Source: Azolla caroliniana (taxonomy: Eukaryota; Plantae; Polypodiophyta). From it: 64,000 nucleotides of DNA. Location: contig JBHGNT010000005.1 in the NCBI GenBank assembly GCA_043228905.1, forward strand, positions 6,200,001-6,264,000, written 5' to 3'. Position 1 is the stretch's first letter. Every line of letters starts with the position of its first letter. The translations under genes and the position numbers were made by a program. Shown here piece after piece: positions 52,813-64,000 of this stretch. The notes below the pieces were generated by a model. That model was not told the DNA's origin. It ran no database searches and saw nothing but the letters and a program-made list of their open reading frames with translations.

Positions 52813-53915
52813 GAATATACATACTTGATTTCTGCTAGGTGTGCCTGGTGCTGACCCTCGTCTTCCTACATTAACATGGTTGGAATTCCGAGTCTCGGGA
52901 TGTGAAACAGAAAGTTCTTCGCCTCGACTAGTACGCGTGACATGACGACCATTCCCTCGACCACCAAGCCCAAATTCAGTATCATCTCTGCTACCCCTTC
53001 GACGATGTTGAGTTGTTATATTATCGAGGTATTCTGCGGGTATGTGCCGGATCGGGGCTTGACCGCCGGGGTCTTGTACCAAGGAACCGGATAGAGAGGG
53101 GAAAGGGAGAGGTGCTTTCCAGATCGCTATCAGGGTATCGTTACCGGCACGCAGGTTCAGGCATGCAGCTGATCCGGACCTGTCGCCGGATACTGGATGA
53201 TGAGCACATGGGCTCGGATACGTGAACTGTTCCGGACCTGTTGCCGGATACTGGACAATGAGCACACGGGCTCGAAGACTCAGATAAGCACGCAAATGGA
53301 AGGAAGCGGAGTTAAGAGCGTAGGCAGAAGCAGAGAGACACACGATCACACAGAATCCGGAAGCATTGAGATAATCAATTAACTTGAAAACAGAGAGAAA
53401 TACAACCGGACTCGGCCGTAACAGAGCTTCGAACTCTGCACACACACACACACACACACACACAGAACGATGAGCCTCTGGTCGGGAGCATATGGGCTTT
53501 CTACGCGAGCAGAGGCCTCACCTTCCTTCCTCACCTTTCTATTCTGCATATTTGCGCTCCCCCGTTCAGGCACATCCAGCTCCCCTTTCCTCCTATGGCC
53601 GGAATCCTTCACGACAACGTTTGTAGAAACTCCATTAGAGTTAATTTTGCTCTCACTAAGCTTTCCATTGCTTTCAAAAGCATCAATGGAGTATACCATT
53701 TTTCCTCCTTTTCCATCCTAGGCTTGATCAAAGCAAGCTGTATAGGAGATATGATTGTTCGGATCCCAATTGCCAAAATTTGGTATATGAGTTGCTTTTT
53801 GCTGTTATTACATTAAAATCTCTGTCTCTATCTCTGGCAGTTGGATTTCTGGCTTAAATGGACCAAAGTCATAAAATTAAGAGAATCCAAGTTTTCTCAC
53901 CATAGGCTCAGCCAT
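52180..53915 (-). pseudogene. RIN4: RIN4-like (two NOI domains) gene, disrupted
   Basis: Exons 53915-53901 (MAEPM), 53801-53522 (HIPNFGNWD...YTACFDQA*, in-frame TAG at 53718-53720), 53435-52825 (interrupted by a solo LTR), and ~52380-52180 (LPNFGDWDVNNPGAGDGFTMIFDKARDEKK). A Cys-containing last exon may start near 50554. Confidence 0.85.
53014..53423. mobile_element. Solo LTR inserted in RIN4-like exon 3
   Basis: Termini TGTTATA...GCCGTAACA with flanking GAGT/GAGC near-TSD. Removal restores EFEAQHRRRGSRDD. Confidence 0.8.
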
Positions 53916-54074
53916 TTCATTAGTTTAAAATACGCCAAGTTTTTTTCATATTAGGGCTGTAAACTAGTGGTAAGCCAAATTTTTACTAACTCGTGCATCA
54001 TGGTTCAAAATCTCACTATATACAAGACTACAGGATGTAAGGGTTGACCTCACGATCTTCTAAACTCTATTAGA

Positions 54075-54835
54075 AAACTTTTACAGCTGAGCTACAACCA
54101 TCTAAGTGTTGTTGCCTCTCTCCATCTCTATCTTTTGGGAAGGAGTAATTATATTAATCATTTTTGTTAGCAAGTCCCACATAGCTCGGTGCTGCCGAGT
54201 TACAACCATCTGAACGCCTTTGCGTCTCTCCCTCTCCCTCGTTTGATAATGCATAATTGTATTAATCATCCTTATTAACATGGCCAGCATAGCCGTTACG
54301 GAAAAACAAAAGCATGGCATATGGTGCTGAAATGTCAGAGAAGGAGACCTCTCAAAACGCTGACAAGACAGCACACTCCAGAAAGGGAATAGACACATTC
54401 CTGATAGTCCAACTATGCCAGCAGCCTGAAAAATGCAGAAAGTGGAATACAACCTTCTAATGCCTGTCAGACAACTTTTCCAGCAGAGCTACAACTGTCT
54501 TAGTGTCTTTGTCTCTCTCTCTCTCTCTCTCTCTCTCTAATGAGCAATTGTATTAATCATTCTTGTCAACAAGACCAGCATAGACTATGGTGCTTAACTT
54601 CCAGTGAAGAAGACCTTTCAAAAGGCTGATTTTACAGCACTCCAGAATGGGAATTGAAGGCAAACACGTTCCTGATAGTCCAGACCCAACAGTCTCAAAA
54701 ATCTGAGCTGCCAGTGAAGGAGACCTCTCAAAAGGCCGATACGACTATGCACTCCAGGATGAGAATTGAAGACAAACACATTCCTGATACGCCGAACCCA
54801 AACAGTGTCAAAAAATGCAGAGTGGAAGACAACCG
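54075..54835. repeat. Degenerate direct repeats upstream of RIN4-like gene
   Basis: GAGACCTCTCAAAA...CACTCCAG..GGGAAT..CACATTCCTGATA recurs at ~54345, ~54610 and ~54720. Confidence 0.7.
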
Positions 54836-55297
54836 TTACATGTGGTTGCACAGAGCCTGGTAGTTTTGAATTGCCAAAACCCAATCATGTCAATGCATAG
54901 TTCCCAACTTGTACATTGACACCAAATATGTTGTGCCTCCAGGCCAGATAAAAAGCTATGTCGACAAGTTTCACCATCTGTAGTACAACAGAAGTAAGAA
55001 CCATTTGAAAGGTGCCACTTGAGAGGGAAGCAGCAAGTGGGAAACAAATACATTGCATTTGAAGGGGGCTTTACTAGGCCAGCCCATCATTCATATGGAT
55101 ATCCAACAGTCTTGGACTTTCTAATGAGTCCAATTAGAGAGTCGCCCTTAGCCTTCAACCATGGTTGACCATAGATGAGCAAATGATTGTGTGATTGGTG
55201 GACGTGCACACAATCTGTTTGAATGGTTACTCATAAATTTTAGTAAAACCTTTAGTGACAAAAATACCTCTCTCTCTCTTTCTCTTTCTCTCTCTCT

Positions 55298-55324
55298 AAA
55301 CCCTAAACCCTAAACCCTAAACCT
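55298..55324 (+). repeat. Short interstitial plant telomere repeat (TAAACCC, ~3.5 copies)
   Basis: TAAACCCTAAACCCTAAACCCTAAACC follows a CT microsatellite. Confidence 0.85.
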
Positions 55325-55327
55325 TTA

Positions 55328-56520
55328 GTGGTAGTTTTTATTCATCAGATACATAGCCAGCCACAAGATAGGATATCCCGTCGAGCCTTTGAGGCATCTC
55401 GATCCCTACATGCGTCTGGAGACACTAGCTCTTTGTATAGCATTGTGGTGAGTTGGTTACTTGCAAACGGCATAGACATTAATAACCTACCCCCTCTTAA
55501 GTACAACCATGGGACTGACCAAACTCTAATATCTCATGAAGACCGTAATAAAGTGATACGCCAAGAAATATGGCAAATTTACACTCGATATAAATGGATC
55601 ACCCCACGAGTGCCACTCCCATCTAAAATGTTGTACTATAAGGAACACTTCTTGCACTTCTCTCAATTAGGTATTATTACACGACCAAGATATCTAGATA
55701 CATTCTTATCAAATGCACTAAGGGTTGCCATTGGACAACTTAGGATATCATCTCACCAACTTGAGATTGAGAATGATCGGGCTAATAGAGTCCCTAGGGA
55801 GGAAAGGCTATGTAGGTTGTGCCACATAGAGATAGAGGATGAGTATCACTTCACATGCAAGTGCCAAACTTATGTCGATATACGAGTGGAATACCGAGAC
55901 AAATTAGGACACTCTCCCACCCTCTCCAAACTATTAGATACCCCGGATATAAGAGACTAGGTAGGTATATCTTAGAGCTAAAACAACATAGGGAGAATAA
56001 ATTACAAAGTGTTAACCATAATCCTTTTACTATTCATCAACTTGTAACTAGTGTAATTTTTCAGGAACAAGGGGAGACGATGAATGTGGATACACTTACG
56101 CCGCTCGGCCTCTCTCTTGAGGAAGCCGAAACACAAAGAACAACCAAACCCCCTTGGATGTTGGGCTTCAAAACAAGTCGACACGGAGTAGAAAGGATTA
56201 AGAAGATAAGGGAACGTGAGCTACGTCGACTAGAAGCTATGGTTGGGGTACCTTTTACATTGGGGCCACGGGCCACATCCACATCGAAACCCTTTGACCT
56301 CCCGCTTCTCTTCGAGAGACTTGGATGGAAATAAAATTAGGCCTAGTATAACATCATTTTTATTGTAGAACATGTTTGTTATTTTATTTTACTAGAACAA
56401 TTTAGCTTAAAACTCTATTTTTATTTTTTATTTTTTACTTTTGATGAATGGGTAAATATCCCATTTTTTGTTGTAAACCATTTGTCTCATGGGCCAAATA
56501 TGGCCTTAGAAGATGTTAAT
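55328..56520 (+). mobile_element. 5'-truncated LINE (RTE-like) 3' portion
   Basis: ORF contains QLRISSHQLEIE...PREERLCRLCHIEIEDEYHFTCKC, followed by a T-rich 3' UTR. Confidence 0.8.
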
Positions 56521-56549
56521 ATTTCTTTCTTTCTTTCTCTCTCTCTACA

Positions 56550-57561
56550 TGCCGCATAGAGGTGGGAAAGAGAGCATATTATGCATTTCAGAACACATGC
56601 AATCATGGAGATATTAAGTGTTGGGTTGTCAAGAAATATCTTTTCAACACTTTGGTGACACCAATGCTTCTCTATAGGGTGGATGTATGGGGTGGTAGCA
56701 TCACTGAATCTACTTGGAAAGAGTTTGAAAATGTCCAAAAACATTTTCTTACAAAGTTTCTACAAGTTAAGAAACAAATGCAATACACCCTCCTTCTTGA
56801 GACAGGATCACTTCCCATTGAGATCATGCCCATGGAAAGGGTTGTTGAATACATGCTTAAGGTTCAAAAAAATCCCTCGCATCGACTTCCTAGAATTGCA
56901 TGGGAAACAAGCAAAAAGATACAAAAGATGCATAAAAGCAAAATTTTGTGTTCTAGTTGGATGCAAGATATAGAAAAATGGTTTGGTAGATGGGATGCAA
57001 CACACTTCATGATGCATCACTAGATTCCTTTGTAAATGAGGCCTTTTTGCAACTCCAGTGTATCATGACATAAGACAGATGTGGAGGCTCACGCTTCACA
57101 CATTATACTACACATGTTGCACCTAACTACAAAACCATATTCTTCGCAAAATAGGAAAACCATACACATTGATACATGTTAGAGCCGATCCTATTGTCTG
57201 CCAGTCGACCCATTGCTTCCATGCGACTTAGCTCACATGCATTGCGATGTGAGACAAGGCATTAGGGCACAAGTGATGAGAGTGGTCGACTATGCACACT
57301 TTGCCCTAAACAAGTTTGAGGGTCTAAGTATCACACTTTTATACAATGCTTTGCCTTTGATAATATTCGACCATGCTTTCCACACATCTTCAACCAAACC
57401 CAATCCTTGCACAAATTTCTCTCACAACGACAATGCACTCTCGATTGCAACATTCAGTGGTAAAGTTCTTAAACATTGAGAGTCGCTACTCACTTTCCCA
57501 TGTATCATGTGAAATGTAATATTTTTGGTCTCATAGGTCATATTTGACCTACGAAGACAAT
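56550..57561 (+). mobile_element. LINE (RTE-like) 3' fragment whose tail is displaced by the Copia insertion
   Basis: GKRAYYAFQN...LFNTLVTPMLLY..DVWG...ENVQKHFL...LETGSLPIE post-RT region and an MRLSSH.LRCE-like segment. Tail AATAGAATCTATCTATCTATCT resumes at 62811. Confidence 0.78.
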
Positions 57562-57852
57562 TGTTGAGAGTCAAACCCAACTTCCCCAATGGAATGGCTT
57601 TCACACTAGCAATGGAAACTCTAGGTTCAGGCTAGTTTTGTAAATAGTAGAAAGGGCAGTTGCCCTAAGTTAGTTGGTATTTAAACCAACCCTTTTGTAA
57701 CTAAGTTATTGTTGGATGTATATTTCATATTTTCTAATACAGCTTCATGTTCTCTCTGTTTCTTTGAGTTTACCCTCTCTCTCTCTCTGTTTGTCTTACA
57801 CACACAATTCCTTCCACCGCACAAGGTCACCTTCACTCTCCGTTTCTTTACA
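57562..57852 (+). repeat. Copia 5' LTR
   Basis: Direct repeat of 62465-62805, followed by the PBS at 57853-57864. Confidence 0.95.
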
Positions 57853-60800
57853 TGGTATCAGAGCATGTGGTGGTATGATTCGTTCAACTATGTTTGTGTT
57901 GTTCGCTGACAACCATACACAATTGGCCCAACGACGGAGAAGAAAAACTACACAACGAACACTCAAATGGGAAGTGCTCTTCCCACCAAGAAACTCGACA
58001 AATCAATTTTTGCATCTTGGGAATAGAAGATGTACCAATACCCTGTCGGTCAAGGCTATTGGAGCTACATCGAAGGAGCTCAAGAAAATCAACCCAACCC
58101 AACACATGCCGACTACCCAGCTTGGGAGCAAGCGGCAAGTTGTGTGTTGTACTGCTTAGCATCATGCGTTCATGATCACATGCTTGGCTACATTCAAGAG
58201 GTAAAAACACTGAAAGAAGCATGGGGCAATCTCAAAAATATTTTTCCAGCCAACATGGCCGCATGCAAGCTTCAACTCCGTCAGGAGTTGAACAATATTT
58301 AGCAAAGGGATATGTCGATCGCCAGCTATACCTTGAAGATCAAGGAGCTGTGTGACGCCCTCGGTTCGATCAACGTCAACTCATCATCAATGATAACGAA
58401 ATGGTGCAAATATGCCTCAACGACTTAGCACCACGATTCGGCACGATCAGATCAGCCATCCTTGCAAGGGAGAATTCTCCCTCATTTTTCGACCTTCAGT
58501 TGATATTGTTGGTCGAAGAAAATCACATCCGATCAAGGAGCAATGTGCCAGACGGACATATGCTCTACTCCCAGTTGGACAAGGGAAGAGGATTTGGTTG
58601 TGGAAACAGAGTCCGAGTCGGACGAGGCCGACCTGATTGGCCAACCTGAGAACACAACTCCCATCATTGGCAAGAGGCCAGGAACACACCAAGGGCGTTC
58701 GGCAGAAGGGGGAGCCATCCTGCCGGACCAAGTCGCCAAAACAGCCCGATTGAATGCAAATACTGTGGAAAACTCGACCACTATGAAGAGTGTCGAAAGA
58801 AGAAACGAGAGTCCGCTTCGACCAGCCGACAACTCACGAACTATGCTACGAATTCCGACTATGACGACCATGACGAAAGGTTTGTAATGAGGCATAAAGC
58901 ACAGTCAAATGTCGGCGCAAAGTCCGACTAACACCTCTGGTTCAGACAATGTATGGTTTGTTGATTCTGGAGCATCCAATCACATGACGTCTCACGAAGA
59001 TTGGTTCCAAGAGTTGTGAAAGCCCGATCGACCTGGCTACGTTGAAACTGGGAATGACACAATTCATCCCATTCAGCATGTCGGAAATGTCCCATTCGAG
59101 AACGACGGCAAACAAGCCTACATCAAGAACATCTTGCATGTCCCGACCATCACGAAATAAAAATAAAAAATCTAGTCTCTCTTGGCCAGATGGTAAAACA
59201 AGGCATGCAAGTACAGTTCAATCACGAAGGGTGCTTTATTGAAAAAGACAGTTGACTTGTTGCTCGAGGTCGAAGAGAAGGTCAAATGTTCATCCTCGAT
59301 TCAAACAAGGTGAAGTCAACTATGTTCACAAAAGGTCTCAAAGTTGACACTGACTTGAAAGTGTGGCACAAAAGAATTGGCCACATCAATCTCCAGAAGC
59401 TCAAGGGCATGCTAGCAAAAGGAGTCATCATCAGACACTCAATTTTTATAGAGGAGATTTCTGGAGTATGCGAAGCTTGCCAATTTAGCAAGCAACATCG
59501 GCAACCGTTCCTAAAGGAGAAGAACATAAGAAAAGGGATCCTGGATATAATACATTCAGATTTATGGGGACCGGCTCAGACGGCTACATTCAACGGATGC
59601 CGATATTACATGACGTTCATCAACGACTTCTCAAGGCACACCTGGATCTACCCCATGAGACAAAAGAGCAGAGTGTTCAGACACTTCTAGACATTTTAAA
59701 ATGAAGTCGAAAAAGCAACAAGTCAGCATGTCTGATAACTTCGGTCGGAAGGTGGAACGGAGTACTTCTCGAACGAATTTATAGCCTCTCTCCGTAAGGA
59801 CGGAATTCGACGAGAATTTACCTACCGACACACACCTTAGCAAAACGGAGTAGCTGAAAGGAAAAATCGGCACATATTGGAGGCGGCAAGAGCAATGATG
59901 AATAAGAAAAACCCGCCAAAGGCATACTGGGCAGAAGCGGCTAACACAATCGTCTATCTCATGAATCGGTGCACAACATCGGGAGTGCACAATGTCACAC
60001 CCCACGAGAAGTTCTTCGGAAGGAAGCCGTATTTATCCCACATCAAGATATTCGGCGCAATTGCTTATGTACATAATCCCGACAAAAAGCAACAAAAGCT
60101 CGATCCTAAGTCGGAGAAATGTATCCTCATAGGGTACTCACTCGAACAAAAGGGGTACAAGTGTTATAATCCATCTACCTTAAAAGTTCGAGTAAGTCGG
60201 GACGTCGTTTTCGATGAATCGGCATCATGGTAAGAACCAAAGCCGACTCCACTTGAATCGATTTCGGCCGACCACGAGATAGAAGAGGATGATCGACTGA
60301 GGCATACATTAGAAGAAAGTCCAATCTCGATTAGATTGAGTGGACCTCAAGAGCCTCCAAGCGATCGCAGCACATCTCGGCCGAGTCCCAAGATCGACAA
60401 AGGGAAGGCCAAAATGTCGGAGTACGAAGATCCGGACGACAACGAATCGACTCACTCGATAGTGAGTTTGAAGGCCCTGCCCTGATGCTCTGATTATCCA
60501 GACAAATGGAGTAAAGAAAACCATAGCCATTGCAAACGAGAACCTGGTCAGCCAATTTGGCTACGATGACTACATGGCATATCACTATGCCTTTATGATG
60601 AAGGTGGTGACAATCTGAGAACTGGAAACGTTTTCCGAAGTAGCCAAGGACCCACGATGGGTCGAAGCCATGAACGAGGAAATGCAAGCACTATGTAAAA
60701 ACGAGGCACGGGATCTCGTCACCCACTCACCACACAAGAAAGCGATCGGCTATAGGTGGATCTACAAGGTAAAATATAATGCCGACAGCTTAGTAAACCG

Positions 60801-62464
60801 CTACAAAGCACGACTTGTAGCAAAAGGATACGCTCAAATGTATGGAGTCAATTATGCGGAGACCTTTGCCCCAATGGCAAAGATGACGACTGTTCGGACA
60901 TTATTGCACTCGCAGTTGATAGTGGGTGGCACTTCCATCAAATGGACGTGAAGAACGACTTTCTTGAAGGTGAATTAGAAAAGGAGGTCTTCATGATTCA
61001 ACCACCCGATTTCGAATCGACCAACCATCCGACCACAGTCTGCCGTACGGACTCAAGCAAGCAGCAGGTGGCCGGCATTGGAAGATTACTCAATGTCTTC
61101 ACCAAATCGACTTCCGAATGTCGAAATCGGACAGCTCCCTCTACGTAAGAAGCGACTCCAAAAGCCCAATCATGATCATCTTGTACATGGATGATATGTT
61201 CATCGGAGGAGAGCATCTAGCCAACATCAATAAGTCCAACACCCTCCTATCCAGCAGATTCGAAATGAAAGACATGCAAGAGCTCAATTATTTCCTCACC
61301 ATAGAAGTAATTCGGACACCAGTCGGGACCATGATCTCCCAACAGCACTACATCCTCAACTTACTACACAAGTCTAGGATGACAGAGTGAAAACCAGCGT
61401 CAACCCCTCTTGGTCGAAACCTAAAGCTCGATGTTGACTCTAGTGCAGAAGAGTGCGAGCCGACTCAATATCGTCAGCTAATCGGTAGCTTAATCTATCT
61501 CACCATCACTCAACCCGACCTCAGCTATTCGGTCAGTCTACTTAGCCAATTCATGCAAAAACCTCGGGATAATCATTTGGATTGCGCTAAGAGAGTACTC
61601 AGGTACATTAGTGGGATGATGGATTACGGCATCCTGTATAAGTCAGACATGGTCATTCAACTCAAAGGGTACAGAGATGCAAATTGGGTTGGTTACAAGG
61701 CCGACAGACGATCAACATCGGGATTCGTCTTCTCCCTCGACAACGGAGCTATATCCTCGTGTAGCAAAAAGCAACCGACAGTCGCACTATCGAGCACAGA
61801 AGCCGAATATAAGGGAGTGATCGTCGCAGCATGTGAAGCCTTTTGGCTGAAAAGAATATTAAAGGATCTGAGTGTTCCCATCAAGGATCCAATTCTCCTT
61901 TACTGTGACAACATGAGCAGTATTCATCTACCTCGGACCCTGGTGTTCCACGCGTGCACGAAACATATCAAAGTGCACTATCACTTCATCCAAGAGCGCG
62001 TTCAAGCTGGAGATGTCGACCTACAACACATGAGCACGAACCTTCAGGTAGCCGACATCTTCACAAAAGCCTTAGAGTCGACAAGCTTAGGCAATTCATG
62101 ACGGACCTTGGCCTAACGATAGCCGCATTGCTGAGCTTGAAGGGGAGTACAACACAACCGACAAAGCCGACGAGCACAACACAACAGCCGAATAGCAACC
62201 GATCTGTCGATCAAAGCCGACCAAAGGAGTAGTCAAAGTAGCAACACAACCAACCAAGGGGAGTCGAAGCACGAAGCTAACAAGCTAGTTGAACAAGGAG
62301 CACGAAGTAGTTGGACAAAAGAGAACATATATCAATCGACCAGTCGAAGCCAATCCGACCGACCATCCGGTCCTCCGGACATAGAGCCAAGGAATTCAGA
62401 AAGATGAAATGAGCCAAACAGCAAGACAATTTTCCGGCAACAGGAAGTTCTGTTTGAAGGAGCG

Positions 62465-62677
62465 TGTTGAGAGTCAAACCCAATTTCCCCAATGGAATGG
62501 CTTTCACACTAGCAATGGACACTCTAGGTTCAAGCTCGTTTTGTAAATAGTAGAAAGGGCAATTGCCCTAAGTTAGTTGGTATTTTAACCAACCCTTTCG
62601 TAACTAAGTTATTGTTGGATGTATATTTCATATTTTCTAATACAACTTCATGTTCTCTCTGTTTCTCTGAGTTTACC

Positions 62678-62738
<61 letters not shown>

Positions 62739-62805
62739 TCTTACACACACACACACATAGTTCCTTCCACTGCACAAGATCACCTACACTCTCCATTTCT
62801 TTACA
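62465..62805 (+). repeat. Copia 3' LTR
   Basis: Preceded by purine-rich TGAAGGAGCG; internal CT/CA microsatellites are expanded relative to the 5' LTR. Confidence 0.95.
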
Positions 62806-62899
62806 ACGATAATAGAATCTATCTATCTATCTCTTCCCAAACCTGTCACAAACCACATACTCAGATTGTTTTGGGCTAGCCAAGGCTTGAAGCCATAAC

Positions 62900-63600
62900 C
62901 CTTAGTTCATAAGAGCAACATTCTAACAACTTGGAAATAAATAAAACATTATAAAAAGTTGTAGCATAAAGTTCTAGAAGGTTCTTCGACATTATGGAAA
63001 CTTATGAAAATCATGGATTAGTAATGAACTTATATAAAAGGAGTTGTTGGCGAGAATTTTTTTCTAACAGATCAACAGGAGTTACCAAATACATCAACTC
63101 TTGTTTTGGCTTGAATATTGTTCTCTACGAATTCGCGCCACTAAGCAATAGTGCATTTTCATAGATGCCTTGGAAATCATGATTTCATCAAGAACGTAAT
63201 CATTGACTCCAATCAACCACTAGAGACTTTGACGCTAGTATTGCCAAGGATGGACAACTCATGAGGCTCCATTGACTTTTACTCTCAATGGGAAGCAAAT
63301 GATATGGTCTTACAACAAGATGGATGCTACTACTCCCAAGCACTCCAAGGCTCATTATGATGTGATTGCATAAGAGCATTCCAGCTACTTGACGATGGTT
63401 GGTACCAATCCCAACAAGATTATATTTGTCCCAAACTCTAGATTTAAGGGCGCCAGCATGATAGGGAGATCACTCAAACTTTATTGGTAGAAGGGTCCTA
63501 CTCTTTTGAACTCTTAGACATGATCTATCAACCAAAGAGAGCATCTGATAAACCTCTTCACCTCCCACACCAAGAAAACATTGGAATTGCTCTTGTAGGA
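62900..63600 (-). mobile_element. Degenerate L1 ORF2 remnant
   Basis: Minus strand ~63420-63335 gives, across frameshifts, WD..NH.QVAWNALC...LGVL, resembling the L1 FLW...VAW..LC....GGLG motif. Confidence 0.45.
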
Positions 63601-63604
63601 AGGG

Positions 63605-63895
63605 CGGGTAATATCAAACCTAGTATGGTTGTGACTCAGTTCATAGTGGGTACAAGATTGGAGGTCTTGGAATGATTCCTGTGAGAAAGGTGGACCTCTT
63701 GTAGGAAGAGTGGGTACAAGATTGGAGGCATTGGAATGGTTCCTGTGAGAAAGGTGGAGCCCAGTATTATCGAACCTGGTATAATTGTGACTCAGTTCAT
63801 AGTGTACTGCTTATATCCCTTCTAGGTACAGGATTGGAGGCATTGGAATTGTTCTTGTGAGAAGAATGGGGCCAGTATCTATGATTGTGACTGAA
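63605..63895. repeat. Degenerate ~60-bp tandem repeats
   Basis: GGTACAAGATTGGAGG..TTGGAAT..TTCCTGTGAGAAAG occurs three times, with GTGACTCAGTTCATAGTG blocks. Confidence 0.8.
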
Positions 63896-64000
63896 TCCAA
63901 GAACCCTTGCCAGAAATCTAGGACAAATACACCATCCTTGAATGACATCAATCACCACCATTACTTGTCAAGATAAAAGGAAATGAAGCATTTTTACAAC

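Larger units (their letters stand above)
57562..62805 (+). mobile_element. Full-length, decayed Ty1/Copia LTR retrotransposon
   Basis: LTRs 57562-57852 and 62465-62805 (TG...CA), TSD ACAAT/ACGAT, PBS TGGTATCAGAGC (tRNA-iMet). Gag, WFVDSGASNHM protease, integrase (WHKRIGH, HSDLWGP), RT ([15 protein letters not shown]) and RNase H (SSTEAEY), with many stops and frameshifts. Confidence 0.95.

Noticed and set aside
52768-53463. 231-aa minus-strand ORF as an independent gene
   Set aside because: Composite of an intronic TG microsatellite, solo-LTR sequence and the remainder of RIN4-like exon 3.

Overview
Eukaryotic land-plant genomic DNA: AT-rich, intron-containing and dense in transposons. A fern or other non-seed plant is my inference from gene and repeat style, not something proven. 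Host genes: a 12-coding-exon PTEN2-type lipid phosphatase (minus strand), a Pol III-type U3 snoRNA, a two-exon stress-responsive A/B-barrel (Dabb) gene, an intronless SNRNP27, a disrupted RIN4-like gene, and a small secreted-peptide ORF ending in an RGF/GOLVEN-like DY motif. There is also a truncated, intronless flavin monooxygenase that looks bacterial (candidate horizontal transfer). Mobile DNA: a Ty3/Gypsy element with an extra post-integrase ORF joined in frame to the 3' end of a Ty1/Copia element, a full-length decayed Copia with both LTRs, three solo LTRs with target-site duplications (TSDs), three hAT-type MITEs with 8-bp TSDs, and several LINE fragments. All calls were made by eye, without database searches.
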